From: Betaproteobacteria bacterium RIFCSPLOWO2_02_FULL_63_19
Lineage (GTDB): Bacteria > Pseudomonadota > Gammaproteobacteria > Burkholderiales > SG8-39
Direction: 5' to 3'
Assembly: GCA_001770415.1 (NCBI GenBank)
Contig: MEQX01000003.1
Coordinates: 8,442-72,441, forward strand
DNA length: 64,000 nucleotides
This document shows positions 19,003 to 30,100 of this stretch, in pieces. The translations under genes and the position numbers were made by a program. Positions within the stretch are counted from its first letter, which is position 1; each line of letters begins with the position of its first letter. Under the pieces are notes generated by a model, which was not told where the DNA came from, ran no database searches, and saw nothing but the letters and a program-made list of their open reading frames with translations.

Positions 19003-19404
19003 CTAGGGCCGCTTTGTTGCCAGTTCCTGCAACTGTCCGGCAACACATTTGCGGTGCTCGGCGCGCGTGAGTATGTTCTTGCATGCGGCCAGTGCCAGAA
19101 CGTGTGCCTCGCAGCGTTCCTTGTTGCGCGCCATGCTGCAGTCGCGTGGCTTGGGCGGCGTGAATTTCGCGGTAGGTGCCGGAAAATGCATGCATGCGCG
19201 CCATTCGTCGTCGGTCTTGCTTCTGCAGGACTCGATAGCCTGGTTGAGCGCTGCGCAACGCGCTTTGTCTTTCCATTTCGCGCAGTCCATCGGGTACGTG
19301 CCGGGCATCTTTTCCATCACCGCTCCTGAAGGCATTGCGGCAGCGGCAGTGGAAAATGTGGCAGCGATTAGGGCTGCGGCCAGCGCCGGGAGGTAGGGTT
19401 TCAT
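19003..19404 (-). CDS. secreted Cys-rich hypothetical protein
   Basis: The ATG is preceded by AAGGAGA. It has a signal peptide (MKPYLPALAAALIAATFSTAAAA) and eight Cys residues in the mature part. Confidence 0.6.
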   Translation of the reverse strand: MKPYLPALAAALIAATFSTAAAAMPSGAVMEKMPGTYPMDCAKWKDKARCAALNQAIESCRSKTDDEWRACMHFPAPTAKFTPPKPRDCSMARNKERCEAHVLALAACKNILTRAEHRKCVAGQLQELATKRP

Positions 19405-19793
19405 CGGGTCTCCTTTCATTCAGAGTCCACCGGCATGTGGCGAATTAAACAACCACATCACCGATCCGCGATACTGTGTCTGATAGTAAGGTCAATCTAC
19501 GCCTGCGCCACAGCGCCGGTTTGACTCCCGTCAAGCTTCCGGCGACTAGCGCTTTGCGGCTTCGAGTCGTCGTCGAATGGCCGAACGGAATCCTCATCTG
19601 AATCCAGCGGTTGCCTGCGTCGTGTCGCCGTTTTCGGCATCCTGCGCGACATCGCGCGCCTGGCGCAGTCGCCCGAATCTTGTTGTCGGGACCACATTCC
19701 TCTTCTATCCAGGGGCGCGCTCCGATATCATCCCCGCACCGGACGCGGAACGGTCCTGCAAAGCGCCGATGTTGCGCGTAGTGAAGAACTGAT

Positions 19794-20993
19794 ATGCACA
19801 ATCGAAGAATTCTCGTGTTGTATGCGCTGGCTTTCCTGGCGACTCTGGGCTACGGAATAATGATTCCGACCCTTTCGGTTCACGCGCACGCGCTCGGGGC
19901 CGATCACGCCGCCATCGGAATGATCATTTCCGCATTCGCGGCAGCGCAGCTATTGACCCAGATTCCCATGGGACGTCTCTCAGACAGGATTGGCCGGGTC
20001 GCCCTCGTGGTCACGGGCTTTGGCCTGATGGCCCTCGCCGCCACGCTGTTTCATTTCGCGACCAGCCCGGCGCAGTTCGTGGCGTTGCAGGCGCTTGCCG
20101 GTGTTGGTGCAGGGTGTCTGTGGCCGCCTCTGATGGCCATGCTGACCGACGATGTCGAACCTGCCGCGCGAGGCACATTGATGGGGATATTCAACACGGT
20201 GTTCTTCCTCGGGGTCGGCATCGGTCCGCTGGTAGGCGGAGTCATCGCTGGTGCATACGGGCATGACGCGGTGTTCAATGCGTGGACGGGCGTGGCGCTG
20301 CTGGGCGGACTGCTTTGTTTTGCCGCGATCAGGGAGTCGGCAACGGAAAAGCGGGCTGTAGCGGCGGGCGTTCGCGCTTCAATGGCGGCCAATACTCCGC
20401 TGATCAAGCCGGGTCTTTGGAGTACGTTTGCCGCAGGGTGCGTGATTCGTTCACGCGGGGGCGTCTGCACGAGCTTCAACAATGCGTTGCTTCCGCTTTA
20501 CGCGATTGCGCTTTTCGATGCGACGCCGGCGATGATCGGAAGCATCATGTTCATCCATGGACTAGGCATGGCCTTCTTCAATATCCCGGGAGGCATGATG
20601 AGCGACCGCGTGGGGCGCAGGCTTCCAGCGCTGGCGGGGTCGTTGATCGCGACGGCCGGCGTGTTGTGGTATTCGGCGGCGACCGGTTACTGGGCGCTGT
20701 TCGCTGCGGTCGGGTTGGCCGGGGCAGGCAATGCTTTCAGTACGCCCGCTGTGGCGGCGCTGACCGCCGACGTATGCGACCCCAGGCGCAGAGGTGAGGC
20801 GTTCGGATATTTCCTGACCTCTTTCAATCTCGGAATGGTCTTGGGCGCGTTGGTGTTCGGCTTCGTTTCGGAGGCGCTGGGTCTGTGGGGTGCGGTTTTC
20901 ACCTGGGGCCTCACCAGTTTCGTTCTATCTCTGTTTGGCCTGCTCATTCGAGAGACTGCCACGCGACGCTCACCGGAGCTTGCGCAAGCATAG
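19794..20993 (+). CDS. MFS transporter
   Basis: 399-aa protein with about 12 TM segments and the MFS loop motif GRLSDRIGR, repeated as SDRVGRR in the second half. Confidence 0.85.
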   Translation: MHNRRILVLYALAFLATLGYGIMIPTLSVHAHALGADHAAIGMIISAFAAAQLLTQIPMGRLSDRIGRVALVVTGFGLMALAATLFHFATSPAQFVALQALAGVGAGCLWPPLMAMLTDDVEPAARGTLMGIFNTVFFLGVGIGPLVGGVIAGAYGHDAVFNAWTGVALLGGLLCFAAIRESATEKRAVAAGVRASMAANTPLIKPGLWSTFAAGCVIRSRGGVCTSFNNALLPLYAIALFDATPAMIGSIMFIHGLGMAFFNIPGGMMSDRVGRRLPALAGSLIATAGVLWYSAATGYWALFAAVGLAGAGNAFSTPAVAALTADVCDPRRRGEAFGYFLTSFNLGMVLGALVFGFVSEALGLWGAVFTWGLTSFVLSLFGLLIRETATRRSPELAQA

Positions 20994-21143
20994 GGATTCG
21001 AACGGGTTACTAGGTATCGCCGGCCAGCGCGCCGCGTGAGACGCGCGATATCGGCAGTGCCCTAGCGCAGCACCCGGGTGCCGGCGGTGTCGTGTGTGGT
21101 GGATTCTCGTCCACGGTCGAATCAGCGAGCACCCCGGCGAAAT

Positions 21144-21848
21144 CTAGACGCCAAGGTACCGGTGCTGTATGTCCGCGTTTGCCTCGAGTTCGACTGACGT
21201 ACCGCTCCAAACGACGCGGCCTTTTTCGAGCACGAAATGGCGGTGCGCGACGCGGGTCAGCGCGCGTAGATCCTTGTCGATTACCAGTATCGACAGCCCT
21301 TCGGCCTTCAACTGCTCGATGGAGCGGAAAATGTCGTGCCGAATGAGCGGCGCGAGGCCTTCGGTTGCCTCATCCAGAATCAACAGTCGGGGATTGGTCA
21401 TCAAAGCGCGGGCAATTGCGAGCATCTGCTGCTCGCCGCCGGACAACTGGTTTCCGTAATTTCCACGGCGCTCGGCCAGATTGGGAAAGAATTGAAACAC
21501 GCGCTGCAACGTCCACTGTTTGGACTGTTGGCGGCGGGTGGCAGCGGTGGCGATCAGATTCTCGACGACCGTCAGATTCGGAAACACCTGTCGGCCTTCG
21601 GGGACCAGTCCAAGTCCGGCCTGAGCGACGCGATAGGAGGGTAGACCGGTCAGCGGCTTGCCCTCGAAAAGCACCTGTCCGGATCGCGGCCGCATCATTC
21701 CCATCACCGAACGCACCGTCGTGGTCTTTCCCATGCCGTTGCGTCCCAGCAGCGTGACTACCGTGCCTGCTTCGACCGTGAAGCTCACCCCAAAGAGCAC
21801 TTGGCTTCGCCCATACGCCGTCTCGAGGTCGCGAACTTCCAGCATCAC
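21144..21848 (-). CDS. Liv-type (branched-chain amino acid family) ABC transporter ATP-binding protein, LivF-like
   Basis: Contains Walker A GRNGMGKTT, the signature LSGGEQQML and Walker B LLILDE. Confidence 0.85.
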   Translation of the reverse strand: MMLEVRDLETAYGRSQVLFGVSFTVEAGTVVTLLGRNGMGKTTTVRSVMGMMRPRSGQVLFEGKPLTGLPSYRVAQAGLGLVPEGRQVFPNLTVVENLIATAATRRQQSKQWTLQRVFQFFPNLAERRGNYGNQLSGGEQQMLAIARALMTNPRLLILDEATEGLAPLIRHDIFRSIEQLKAEGLSILVIDKDLRALTRVAHRHFVLEKGRVVWSGTSVELEANADIQHRYLGV

Positions 21849-22600
21849 TCCAGCTCCTCCTCGCCCAGATACGCCTTGCGTACCTCCGGATTGGCGCGAA
21901 TCTCCTCTGGGGTGCCTGTCGCCACGATGCGCCCATACACGAGCACCGACAGGCGGTCGGCAAGTCTGAACACGGCGTCCATGTCGTGCTCGACGAGCAA
22001 GATAGTGAGACCGCCCTTCAAATGCGTCAAAAACTCGATCATGCGCTGCGATTCTTCCGTTCCCATGCCCGCCATCGGCTCATCAAGCATGAGCATCCTC
22101 GGCCGTGTCGCGAGCACCATGGCGACTTCGAGCTGTCGCTGTTCGCCGTGCGCGAGGTTCGCAGCCAGTACGTCGGCGCGCGCCCCGAGACCCACCTCTT
22201 CGACAATTCGTCGTGCGGGCTCGCGCAATGCCGGTTCATCGCGGGCGGCCCGCCAGAAACGGAAGCTGTGACCGGAATGGGCCTGGACCGCCAGTGCCAC
22301 GTTGTCCAGCGTCGTGAATTCGGGGTAAATGCTGGTGATCTGGAAGGAGCGCGCGAACCCCTTGTGGGATCGAGCCGGCGCATCGAGTGGGGTAATGTCC
22401 TCGCCGGAAAAATGGATGCTTCCGGCGTCAGGCCGCAGGTTGCCCGCGAGTTGACCGATCAGAGTGGTCTTCCCGGCGCCGTTGGGGCCGATCACCGCAT
22501 GCGTCTCGCCCTCGAGGATCTGCAGATGAACGTTGTCCGTGGCCTGCAGCGCGCCGAACGCCTTGCATAGCCCGCGAATGTCCAGCAGCACCTCAGCCAT
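21845..22600 (-). CDS. Liv-type ABC transporter ATP-binding protein, LivG-like
   Basis: Contains Walker A GPNGAGKTT, LAHGEQRQLEV and LMLDEP, plus a C-terminal LivG-type extension. It overlaps its neighbours by 4 and 8 nt. Confidence 0.85.
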   Translation of the reverse strand: MAEVLLDIRGLCKAFGALQATDNVHLQILEGETHAVIGPNGAGKTTLIGQLAGNLRPDAGSIHFSGEDITPLDAPARSHKGFARSFQITSIYPEFTTLDNVALAVQAHSGHSFRFWRAARDEPALREPARRIVEEVGLGARADVLAANLAHGEQRQLEVAMVLATRPRMLMLDEPMAGMGTEESQRMIEFLTHLKGGLTILLVEHDMDAVFRLADRLSVLVYGRIVATGTPEEIRANPEVRKAYLGEEELE

Positions 22601-23534
22601 GCCGGCCTCCGGCGAGCCAGCCGGCCAGCCCGCGTTTGGCGAACAGCACTACCAGCACCAGGAACGGTCCGAAGATGATCTGCCAGTGCTCGGTCCATCC
22701 GGACAGGAGATTCTCCAGTACCAGCAGCACCAGCGCGCCGGCGACCGGCCCCGCCGTGCTGCCCATGCCGCCAAGTATGACCATGAACATGATGTCGCCA
22801 GATATGGTCCAGTGCATGATGTGTGGCGACAGGTACTTGGTGTGGTTGACGTACAGCGCGCCCGCGAGACCGCAAATTGCGCCGGCGATCACGAACGCGA
22901 CCAGGCGGTAGGCATAGGGTGAAAAACCGATCGCCCGCGTGCGCGCTTCGTTGGACTTCGCCGCACGGATCACCATGCCGAAGCGCGAGTGGACCAGGCG
23001 GTGGACGATCACAAGCGTCAACACCAGGATCGCCAGGACCAGGTAATAGAAGGCGACCGGGTCACCAAGATCGATGAGGTTCCCGAACTGGCTCAGTCGC
23101 TTCAGGCCCATGCCGTCGTCCCCGCCGTATTCATCGACGGAAATGCCCAGGAAATAGAGCATTTGCGTAAAGGCCAATGTGATCATGATGAAGTAGATAC
23201 CGCTGGTCCGTATCGAAACCGAGCCGATCGCCAGTGCGACCAGAGCCGAGGCACCGATTGCCACCAGCCACTGCAACGGGCCGCTGTGGATGCCGTAAAA
23301 AGCCATGACCGCCACCGAGTAGGAACCGATCCCGAGGTAGGCGGCGTGTCCGAAGGACACCATGCCTCCGTAGCCGAGGATCAGATCCAGACTGACCGCG
23401 GCGATCGCAAGTATCATCACGCGCCGCAGCAGGTCGATGTAGAAGGGCTGATTCAGCATCCCGGCGACCGGCGGCACCAGCGCCAGCAGCGCCAGTCCGG
23501 CGAGTACCACGACGAGGCCCCGGTGTCCGCGCAT
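22593..23534 (-). CDS. Liv-type ABC transporter permease, LivM-like
   Basis: The hydrophobic C-terminal 313 codons of the 496-aa track ORF, containing GYGGMVSFGHAAY. Its start lies 2 nt after the livH-like stop. Confidence 0.8.
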   Translation of the reverse strand: MRGHRGLVVVLAGLALLALVPPVAGMLNQPFYIDLLRRVMILAIAAVSLDLILGYGGMVSFGHAAYLGIGSYSVAVMAFYGIHSGPLQWLVAIGASALVALAIGSVSIRTSGIYFIMITLAFTQMLYFLGISVDEYGGDDGMGLKRLSQFGNLIDLGDPVAFYYLVLAILVLTLVIVHRLVHSRFGMVIRAAKSNEARTRAIGFSPYAYRLVAFVIAGAICGLAGALYVNHTKYLSPHIMHWTISGDIMFMVILGGMGSTAGPVAGALVLLVLENLLSGWTEHWQIIFGPFLVLVVLFAKRGLAGWLAGGRHG

Positions 23535-23536
23535 GC

Positions 23537-24460
23537 TCAGTGTCCCCGTTCCGGGAACAGGCCTTCGGGCCTGAGCGCCAGAACGACGGCCATCAGCAGG
23601 TAAATGAGCATCGAGGCGAGCGCCGGTCCCGCCGACTGCGCCGCGCTTGGCGTGATCACCAGCGCGAGCAAGGGCTTGAGGAATGCACGCCCTAGCGTGT
23701 CGACCATGCCGACGATGAGAGCGCCGGCCATCGCGCCGCGGATCGAGCCGATGCCGCCGATGACGATCACCACGAACACCTGGATCAGGATCGATTCGCC
23801 CATGCCCGGCTGGACCGCATAGATCGGACCGGCCATCACCCCGGCGAGCCCGGCCAGCGCGGCGCCGAAGCCGAAGACGATGGTGTACAAGAGCCGGATG
23901 TTGATGCCCAGTGCGGCGACCATGGCGCGGTTGGACGCCCCTGCCCGGATCAGCATGCCCAGCCGCGTCCGCGTGACGACGTACCAGAGCAGGAACGCCA
24001 CCGCGATGCCGATCGCGATGATCAGCAGGCGGTACAGCGGATAGCGCAGGTCGGGCAGAAGCTCGACGTGCCCCGAGAGCCATTCCGGCAGGCTGGTGTA
24101 CAGCCCGCTCCTTCCCCAGACGATCGCCACGAGTTCGTTGAAAAACAGGATCAGGCCGAACGTTGCGAGCACCTGGTCCAGATGGTCCCGGTCATAAAGC
24201 GTGCGTAGCGCGACGACTTCGACGATCACGCCAACGACCAGTGTGGCTGGGAGCGCGAGCAGCGCGCCGATGACGAACGACCCCGACCACTGGTAGAACG
24301 AGGTGGCAAAATACGCCCCGATCATGTACAGCGACCCGTGCGCGAGGTTGACCAGGTTCATGATCCCGAAGACCAGCGTCAGGCCGGCCGCCATCAGGAA
24401 CAGCATGACGCCGAACTGGACCCCGTTCAGTACTTGTTCGGTGATGAGAATGAGGTTCAT
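23537..24460 (-). CDS. Liv-type ABC transporter permease, LivH-like
   Basis: The N-terminus LNGVQFGVMLFLMAAGLTLVFG..NLVNLAHG is typical of LivH. Confidence 0.85.
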   Translation of the reverse strand: MNLILITEQVLNGVQFGVMLFLMAAGLTLVFGIMNLVNLAHGSLYMIGAYFATSFYQWSGSFVIGALLALPATLVVGVIVEVVALRTLYDRDHLDQVLATFGLILFFNELVAIVWGRSGLYTSLPEWLSGHVELLPDLRYPLYRLLIIAIGIAVAFLLWYVVTRTRLGMLIRAGASNRAMVAALGINIRLLYTIVFGFGAALAGLAGVMAGPIYAVQPGMGESILIQVFVVIVIGGIGSIRGAMAGALIVGMVDTLGRAFLKPLLALVITPSAAQSAGPALASMLIYLLMAVVLALRPEGLFPERGH

Positions 24461-24556
24461 CTCGGGGCGATCCGTCTATGCCGCATGCCGACAAGATACA
24501 ACAAAAAGGGGCGCGGTCGGCCCGCGCCCCCAACGCTCAATCGCGCACGACCGCGA

Positions 24557-25723
24557 CTACATGTTGCAATCCTTTGCGTAGGCGTCGCGGTGGTCCGAGA
24601 ACACGGTCGTCTCGATCTGCATCTGCACGCCGTTGGCCCCCTTGACCGCTTTCGCCAGGTAGAAATTCTGGATCGGGAAGTGGTTGTTGCCGTAGCGGTA
24701 CTTGCCGCGGGTCGAGGCGTAGTCCGCCTTGAGCATTTCCGCCATCAGCGCCTTGGCATCCAGGTTGCCCTTAGTCGCGCGCACCGCGGCATCGATCAGC
24801 ATGATGCCGTCGTAACTTTGCGACCCGTAATAGGCCGGCGTGTACTTGAACTTCTTGCGGAAATCGGCGACATATTTCTGGCTCGCCGGATTCTTCAGGT
24901 CGGGGCTCCAGTAGCGCGTTTCCCACTGGCCCACGGCCGCGTCCTTGAGCGCGGGCAGGGTGACTTCGTCAACGGTGTAGGACGAGTACAGCGGGATCTG
25001 ACCGCGCAAGCCCGCCTGGGTGTACTGCTTGACGAACTGGATGCCCATGCCGCCCGGCAGGAACACGAACACCGCTTTCGGCTTCTTGGCGCGCAACTGG
25101 CTGAGTTCGGCCTGGTAATCCTGTTGGCCGAGCTTGGTATATACCTCGTCCGCGATTCGTCCCTTGAAGTAGCGTTTGAAGCCGGTCATCATGTCCTTGC
25201 CGGCCGCGTAATTCGGCGCGATAAGGTATACATCGTTGAACTTCTGGTCCTGCATGTACTTGCCCATCGCCTCGGGCGTCTGGTCGTTCTGCCAGGACGA
25301 GGAGATGAACAGCGGGTTGCACTCCTTGCCCGCCAGCTGGTGCGGCCCCGCGTTGGTGCTCATCATGATCTTGCCGGCGCTGGTGACCGACGGGGCTACC
25401 GCGAGCAGCACGTTGGACCATATGATCCCCGCGACGATATCGACGCGGTCCTTTTTAAGCATCTCCTCGGCGACCTGCTTGCCGACGTCCGGCTTGCGCT
25501 GGTCGTCGCCGAAGATGACCTCGGTCTGCAGACCACCGACCTTGCCGCCCAGGTGCTGCAGCGCAAGTTCGACCGAGTCCTTCATGTGTTTGCCGATGAT
25601 CCCTGCGGGCCCTGACAGCGTGGTGATGAAGCCGATCTTGATCTTGTCGGCCGCATGCGCCGGCCCGACCGCGAACATTGCCGCAACCGAAAGGGCGATT
25701 GCGCCACGAATGGAAGGTTTCAC
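24557..25723 (-). CDS. Liv-type ABC transporter substrate-binding protein
   Basis: It has a signal peptide, then the KIKIGFITTLSGPAG motif of type-I PBPs in the LivK family. Confidence 0.85.
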   Translation of the reverse strand: MKPSIRGAIALSVAAMFAVGPAHAADKIKIGFITTLSGPAGIIGKHMKDSVELALQHLGGKVGGLQTEVIFGDDQRKPDVGKQVAEEMLKKDRVDIVAGIIWSNVLLAVAPSVTSAGKIMMSTNAGPHQLAGKECNPLFISSSWQNDQTPEAMGKYMQDQKFNDVYLIAPNYAAGKDMMTGFKRYFKGRIADEVYTKLGQQDYQAELSQLRAKKPKAVFVFLPGGMGIQFVKQYTQAGLRGQIPLYSSYTVDEVTLPALKDAAVGQWETRYWSPDLKNPASQKYVADFRKKFKYTPAYYGSQSYDGIMLIDAAVRATKGNLDAKALMAEMLKADYASTRGKYRYGNNHFPIQNFYLAKAVKGANGVQMQIETTVFSDHRDAYAKDCNM

Positions 25724-26088
25724 GATTTGTTCCTCCTAAGAACTTGAGTGACCGCAGGAGTCTAGCAAGAGGCCCCGGTGGTGTCCAGACGGACCGATGG
25801 CGGGTCCGCGGGCACGATCCAAGCTGCGTGCGCCGGTGTCCTCCCGCGCACATGTTCCCGGTTGCGTCGAATCTCGGTTACACCTGTGCGGCGTCGCCGG
25901 GCGGGGTGAACGCCGTGTGCGCTGCCTTGAAATCGTGTCCGAAACGCCGCGCTATAGTCCTAACGTTCTCATCCCGGCTCCGGCGAGTTAAGGGGACGTG
26001 CCGAGGTGTCGAAGCACGGTGGCCGGTGGGCTACCTCCGCGTAGGTTTCGCGCGCCGACCACGGCCGCCCGGGACGGACAAGGACGTC

Positions 26089-27111
26089 TCAGGGCCGCCA
26101 ACTCTGCAGAATGCGCATGTAGTTTCCACGTTCAAACGCCGCAGGATCGGGGCTGCGCGCCAAGTTCATGCAGCCGCGCATCTTGGAGAGCGAATCGTAG
26201 CCCCGCTCCTCGAGTACGCGTTCGAGACCCCTCCGCAGCGTTGCCAGTTGTTGCGGCCCGTGTTTGAGCAGGGCAGAAACGACCTGCACCGCGTGAGCGC
26301 CGGCCATCACGGCCTTGACGGCGTCTTCCGGCTTGTGGACGCCGCCCGAGACCGCGAGCTCGAGTTTGCGCTGCGCAGACAGAATCGCCAGCCATCGCAG
26401 TCGCAGCAGGATCTCCGACGAGTTAGAGAGATGCAGTTCATTGCGGACTTCCAGGCGCTCAATGTCGATATCGGGTTGGTAGAACCGATTGAACAGAACC
26501 AGAGCGTCGGCGCCTGCGGTTTCCAGCCCTGCGGCGAAGTGAGAAAGTGACGAGAAAAACGGCGAGAGTTTTACCGCGATCGGAATACGGATAGCCTGCT
26601 TCACGGCGCGAACGATGTCGAACGTGCGCTTCTCGACGTCTGCGCCGTCCTCCGCGGCGTTCGTGGCTACGTAGTACACGTTGAGTTCCAGCGCATCGGC
26701 GCCCGCTTGCTCCATGAGCTTCGCGTACTCGAGCCAACCCGTCGCAGTGACGCCGTTAAGCGAGGCAATGACCGGCACTTGCACCGCCGCCTTGATTCGG
26801 CGGATCTGTTCGAGGTATGCCTGCGGGCCGAGGCGGAACTCGGAGGGCCCCGGGAAGAATGAACTGGCTTCCGCAAACTCGTTGACGTGCGATTCGATGT
26901 CAAAGCGGGTGCGGCCCTGCTCGTGTTCGATCTGCTCCTCGAACAGCGAATGCATCACGATCGCTGCGGCGCCCGCGTCCTCGAGACGGCGCACCATGTC
27001 CATGTCGTCCACCATCGGCGAGGCGCCGGGCATGAAAGGATGCGGCAGCTCCAGGCCCAAATAGCGAGTTGACAGATCGATCGAAGCAGTTGTGGTTGCC
27101 GATGTGTTCAT
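26089..27111 (-). CDS. dihydroorotate-dehydrogenase-like flavoprotein (class-1 DHOD fold, PFOR-associated)
   Basis: This is the C-terminal 340 codons of the track ORF, beginning MNTSATTTASIDLSTRYLGLELPHPFMPGAS. It has a TIM-barrel DHOD-like pattern (IASLNG, ADALELN, KLSP). Its start overlaps the nifJ stop (ATGA). Confidence 0.75.
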   Translation of the reverse strand: MNTSATTTASIDLSTRYLGLELPHPFMPGASPMVDDMDMVRRLEDAGAAAIVMHSLFEEQIEHEQGRTRFDIESHVNEFAEASSFFPGPSEFRLGPQAYLEQIRRIKAAVQVPVIASLNGVTATGWLEYAKLMEQAGADALELNVYYVATNAAEDGADVEKRTFDIVRAVKQAIRIPIAVKLSPFFSSLSHFAAGLETAGADALVLFNRFYQPDIDIERLEVRNELHLSNSSEILLRLRWLAILSAQRKLELAVSGGVHKPEDAVKAVMAGAHAVQVVSALLKHGPQQLATLRRGLERVLEERGYDSLSKMRGCMNLARSPDPAAFERGNYMRILQSWRP

Positions 27112-30100
27112 TGGGTCACTTGTCCTGGTTGTACGGCGCTGGCGGGTTGCCGCGACGCGGGGGCTGCCGCCGCAGGATCGGCTGCGCGCGGCGCTGGCTG
27201 CACGGGGGTGACCGGACGTGCCATGTGCTCGTAAAGAGCGCGCCGCTCTTCTGACTTGTGCTGCAGCAGGTGCATCAGATCCCGGAATCGCATCGGGTCC
27301 TGCTGCTCGACCATGCGGAAGCGCGTTTCGTTGCGGCAGAAATCGATCACTTTTCCTATTGAGGGCATCGAATCGACATGCAGCGGGCTCTTCCCGGGAC
27401 CAGCGTGGCGCGGATCGTAGCGGTACAAAGGCCAGTAACCGGTGTCGACGGCCAGTTGCTGCTGGGCGGCGCCGTACGCCATGTCGTAGCCATGCGCGAT
27501 GCAATGCGAATACGCGATGATCAGTGACGTTCCCGGGTAGGCTTCGGCCTCGGTGAAAGTCTTGACGGTCTGCGCATCGCTGGCGCCGAAAGCAACCTGT
27601 CCGACGTAGACGCTGCCATAGGACATCGCAAGCAGACCAAGGTCCTTCTTCGCGATGGACTTTCCCGCGGCAGCGAACTTTGCGGCCGCGCCGGTGGGCG
27701 TGGCCTTGGATTGCTGGCCGCCGGTATTGGAATAGACCTCGGTGTCCATGACCAGCACATTCACGTCGCGCCCTGAGGCCAGCACGTGGTCCAGCCCGCC
27801 GTACCCGATGTCGTACGCCCAGCCATCGCCGCCGACGATCCAGACGCTCTTGCGCACCAGATAGTCCGCAAGCAGTTCGAGCCGCCGGGCCTCGGGCCGG
27901 AAGCTGCTCTTGAGTTTTTCGCGCAACATCGCAACGCGGGCACGTTGGGCGCTGAGCGCCGCCTCGCCCTGCTGTGGGGCGCCCAGCAATTCGCGAACCA
28001 GGGCGTCGCCGACGTCGGCTCCGAGCACGCTCAGCAGTTCCTGCGCCTGTCGCGCGTGCTGATCGACCGCGAGGCGGAAGCCCAGGCCGAATTCCGCATT
28101 GTCCTCGAACAGGGAATTGCTCCAGACAGGACCCAGGCCCTCACGGTTCGCAGCATAAGGCGTCGTTGGCAGATTGCCTCCGTAGATCGACGAGCAGCCG
28201 GTGGCGTTGGCGATCATCGCACGGTCGCCGAACAATTGCGTCAGCAGTTTGACGTACGGCGTTTCGCCGCAGCCGTTGCAGGCGCCCGAGTACTCGAACA
28301 GCGGCTCGAAGAACTGGGTTCCCATGACGTTGAGCGGCAGCTTGCTGCGGTCGGACTCGGGCAACTCCAGGAAGTATTCGTAGTTGTCGCGCTCGGGCGC
28401 GCGCAGCGGCCCCTGCGGGACCATTTCGATGGCTTTTTGACGCGGGTTCAGCTTGTCCCTGGCGGGACATACTTCGACGCACAGACGGCAGCCGGTGCAA
28501 TCCTCCGGCGCCACCTGCAGGGTATAAACGCTGCCCTGAAAATACTTGCCCTTGAATTCGTCCCACTGGAAGGTGGGCGGTGCTCCTTTAGTCAATTCCG
28601 GCGGATAGACTTTCGCTCGTATGGCTGCATGCGGGCACGCGAGCACGCACTTGTTGCACTGGGTGCAGACCACCGGGTGCCACTGCGGAATCTCGAGCGC
28701 CAGATTGCGCTTCTCCCATTTCGCGGTCGCGGTTGGCCAGGTTCCGTCGACAGGGAAAGCGCTCACCGGCAGCGCATCCCCCTTGCCCGAGAGCATGACC
28801 GCGGTCACCCGCTTGACGAAGTCCGGCGCTTTGGCCGAGACGATAGGGGGTAGGTAGATCTCCGAGCGTGCTTCGGCTGGCACCTCGACCTGATGCAGAT
28901 GGGCGAGAGCGTCGTCGACCACTGCGTAATTCCTGTTCACCACATCCTCGCCTTTGGCGGAGTAGGTCTTCTTTATCTGACGTTTGATGTAGCCGATCGC
29001 CTCCTCGCGCGGGAAAATCGCTGCAAGCGCGAAAAAGCAAGTCTGCATCACCGTATTGACGCGTCCTCCCATCCCTGCACGCCGCGCCACGTCATAGGCG
29101 TCAATGGTGTAGACCTTCAGTTTCAAGTCGATGATCCGCTGCTGTATTTCTCGCGGCAGTTCGTCCCAAAGCTTTTCGGGCGCAAAGAGTGAATTGATGA
29201 GCAGCGTACCGCCGGGGGTCGCCATTTCGAGTACGTCGTAGCGCTCGAAGAAACTCCATTGATGCACCGCGACGAAACCTGCGCGTCGGATGAGATAGCT
29301 CGATCGAATGGGTCTTGGTCCGAAGCGAAGGTGAGAAATGGTGATGGCGCCGGATTTCTTCGAGTCGTAGACGAAGTAGCCCTGCGCGAACTGGTCGGTC
29401 TCCTCGCCTATGATCTTGATCGAGTTCTTGTTCGCGCCCACCGTACCGTCCGCCCCGAGCCCATAGAACACGGCGCGAACGACGTCCGCGGGTTCAATGT
29501 CGAAGGAGGCGTCAACCGGCAGCGAAAGGTGGGTGACGTCGTCGACGATGCCGACCGTGAAGGACCGGCGCGCTTGCTTCTGCGCCAATTCCTCGAATAC
29601 GGCGCGCGCCATGGCAGGGGTGAATTCCTTGGACGAAAGTCCGTACCGTCCGCCCGCGACCTGCACCTGCACCTTTTTCTTCGCCCCGCGCTGTTCGGCG
29701 TCGCGCAGCGCCGCCACCACATCGAGGTAAAGCGGTTCGCCGATCGCTCCCGGCTCCTTGGTGCGGTCGAGCACCGCGATCGCGCGCGTGCTCGGAGGAA
29801 GTGCTTCGACAAATTCCGCTACAGGGAACGGACGGAACAAGCGCACCTTGAGCAGGCCCACCTTTTCACCGCGCGAGGCCATCCAGTCGACGAGTTCATG
29901 CGCCGTTTCGGCGCCCGAACCCATCATGACGATCACGCGCTCGGCTTCGGGATGGCCGACGTAGTCGAATAGGCGATAGCGCCGCCCGGTGACCGCGGCG
30001 AAGCGCTCCATCGCCGCCTTCACCATTCCCGGACAAGCATCGTAGTAACCATTACAGGCCTCGCGGGCCTGAAAAAATACGTCAGGATTTTGCGCCGTGC

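Noticed and set aside
20994-21025. The motif GGATTCGAACGGG, whose reverse complement CCCGTTCGAATCC resembles a tRNA T-loop.
   Set aside because: The flanking bases do not form a T-stem (ACCCG against CCCTA). No acceptor or anticodon arms can be drawn, so this is not a tRNA or a tRNA fragment I can support.
23535-24083. The N-terminal extension of the livM-like track ORF (496 aa).
   Set aside because: The extension overlaps the livH-like gene in another frame and is Arg/Gly/Pro-rich and non-hydrophobic. The permease sequence starts at the ATG at 23534, right after the livH-like stop.
27112-27504. The N-terminal extension of the DHOD-like track ORF (471 aa).
   Set aside because: It overlaps the 3' end of nifJ in another frame with low-complexity sequence. 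The ATG at 27111 overlapping the nifJ stop gives a normal-length DHOD-fold protein.
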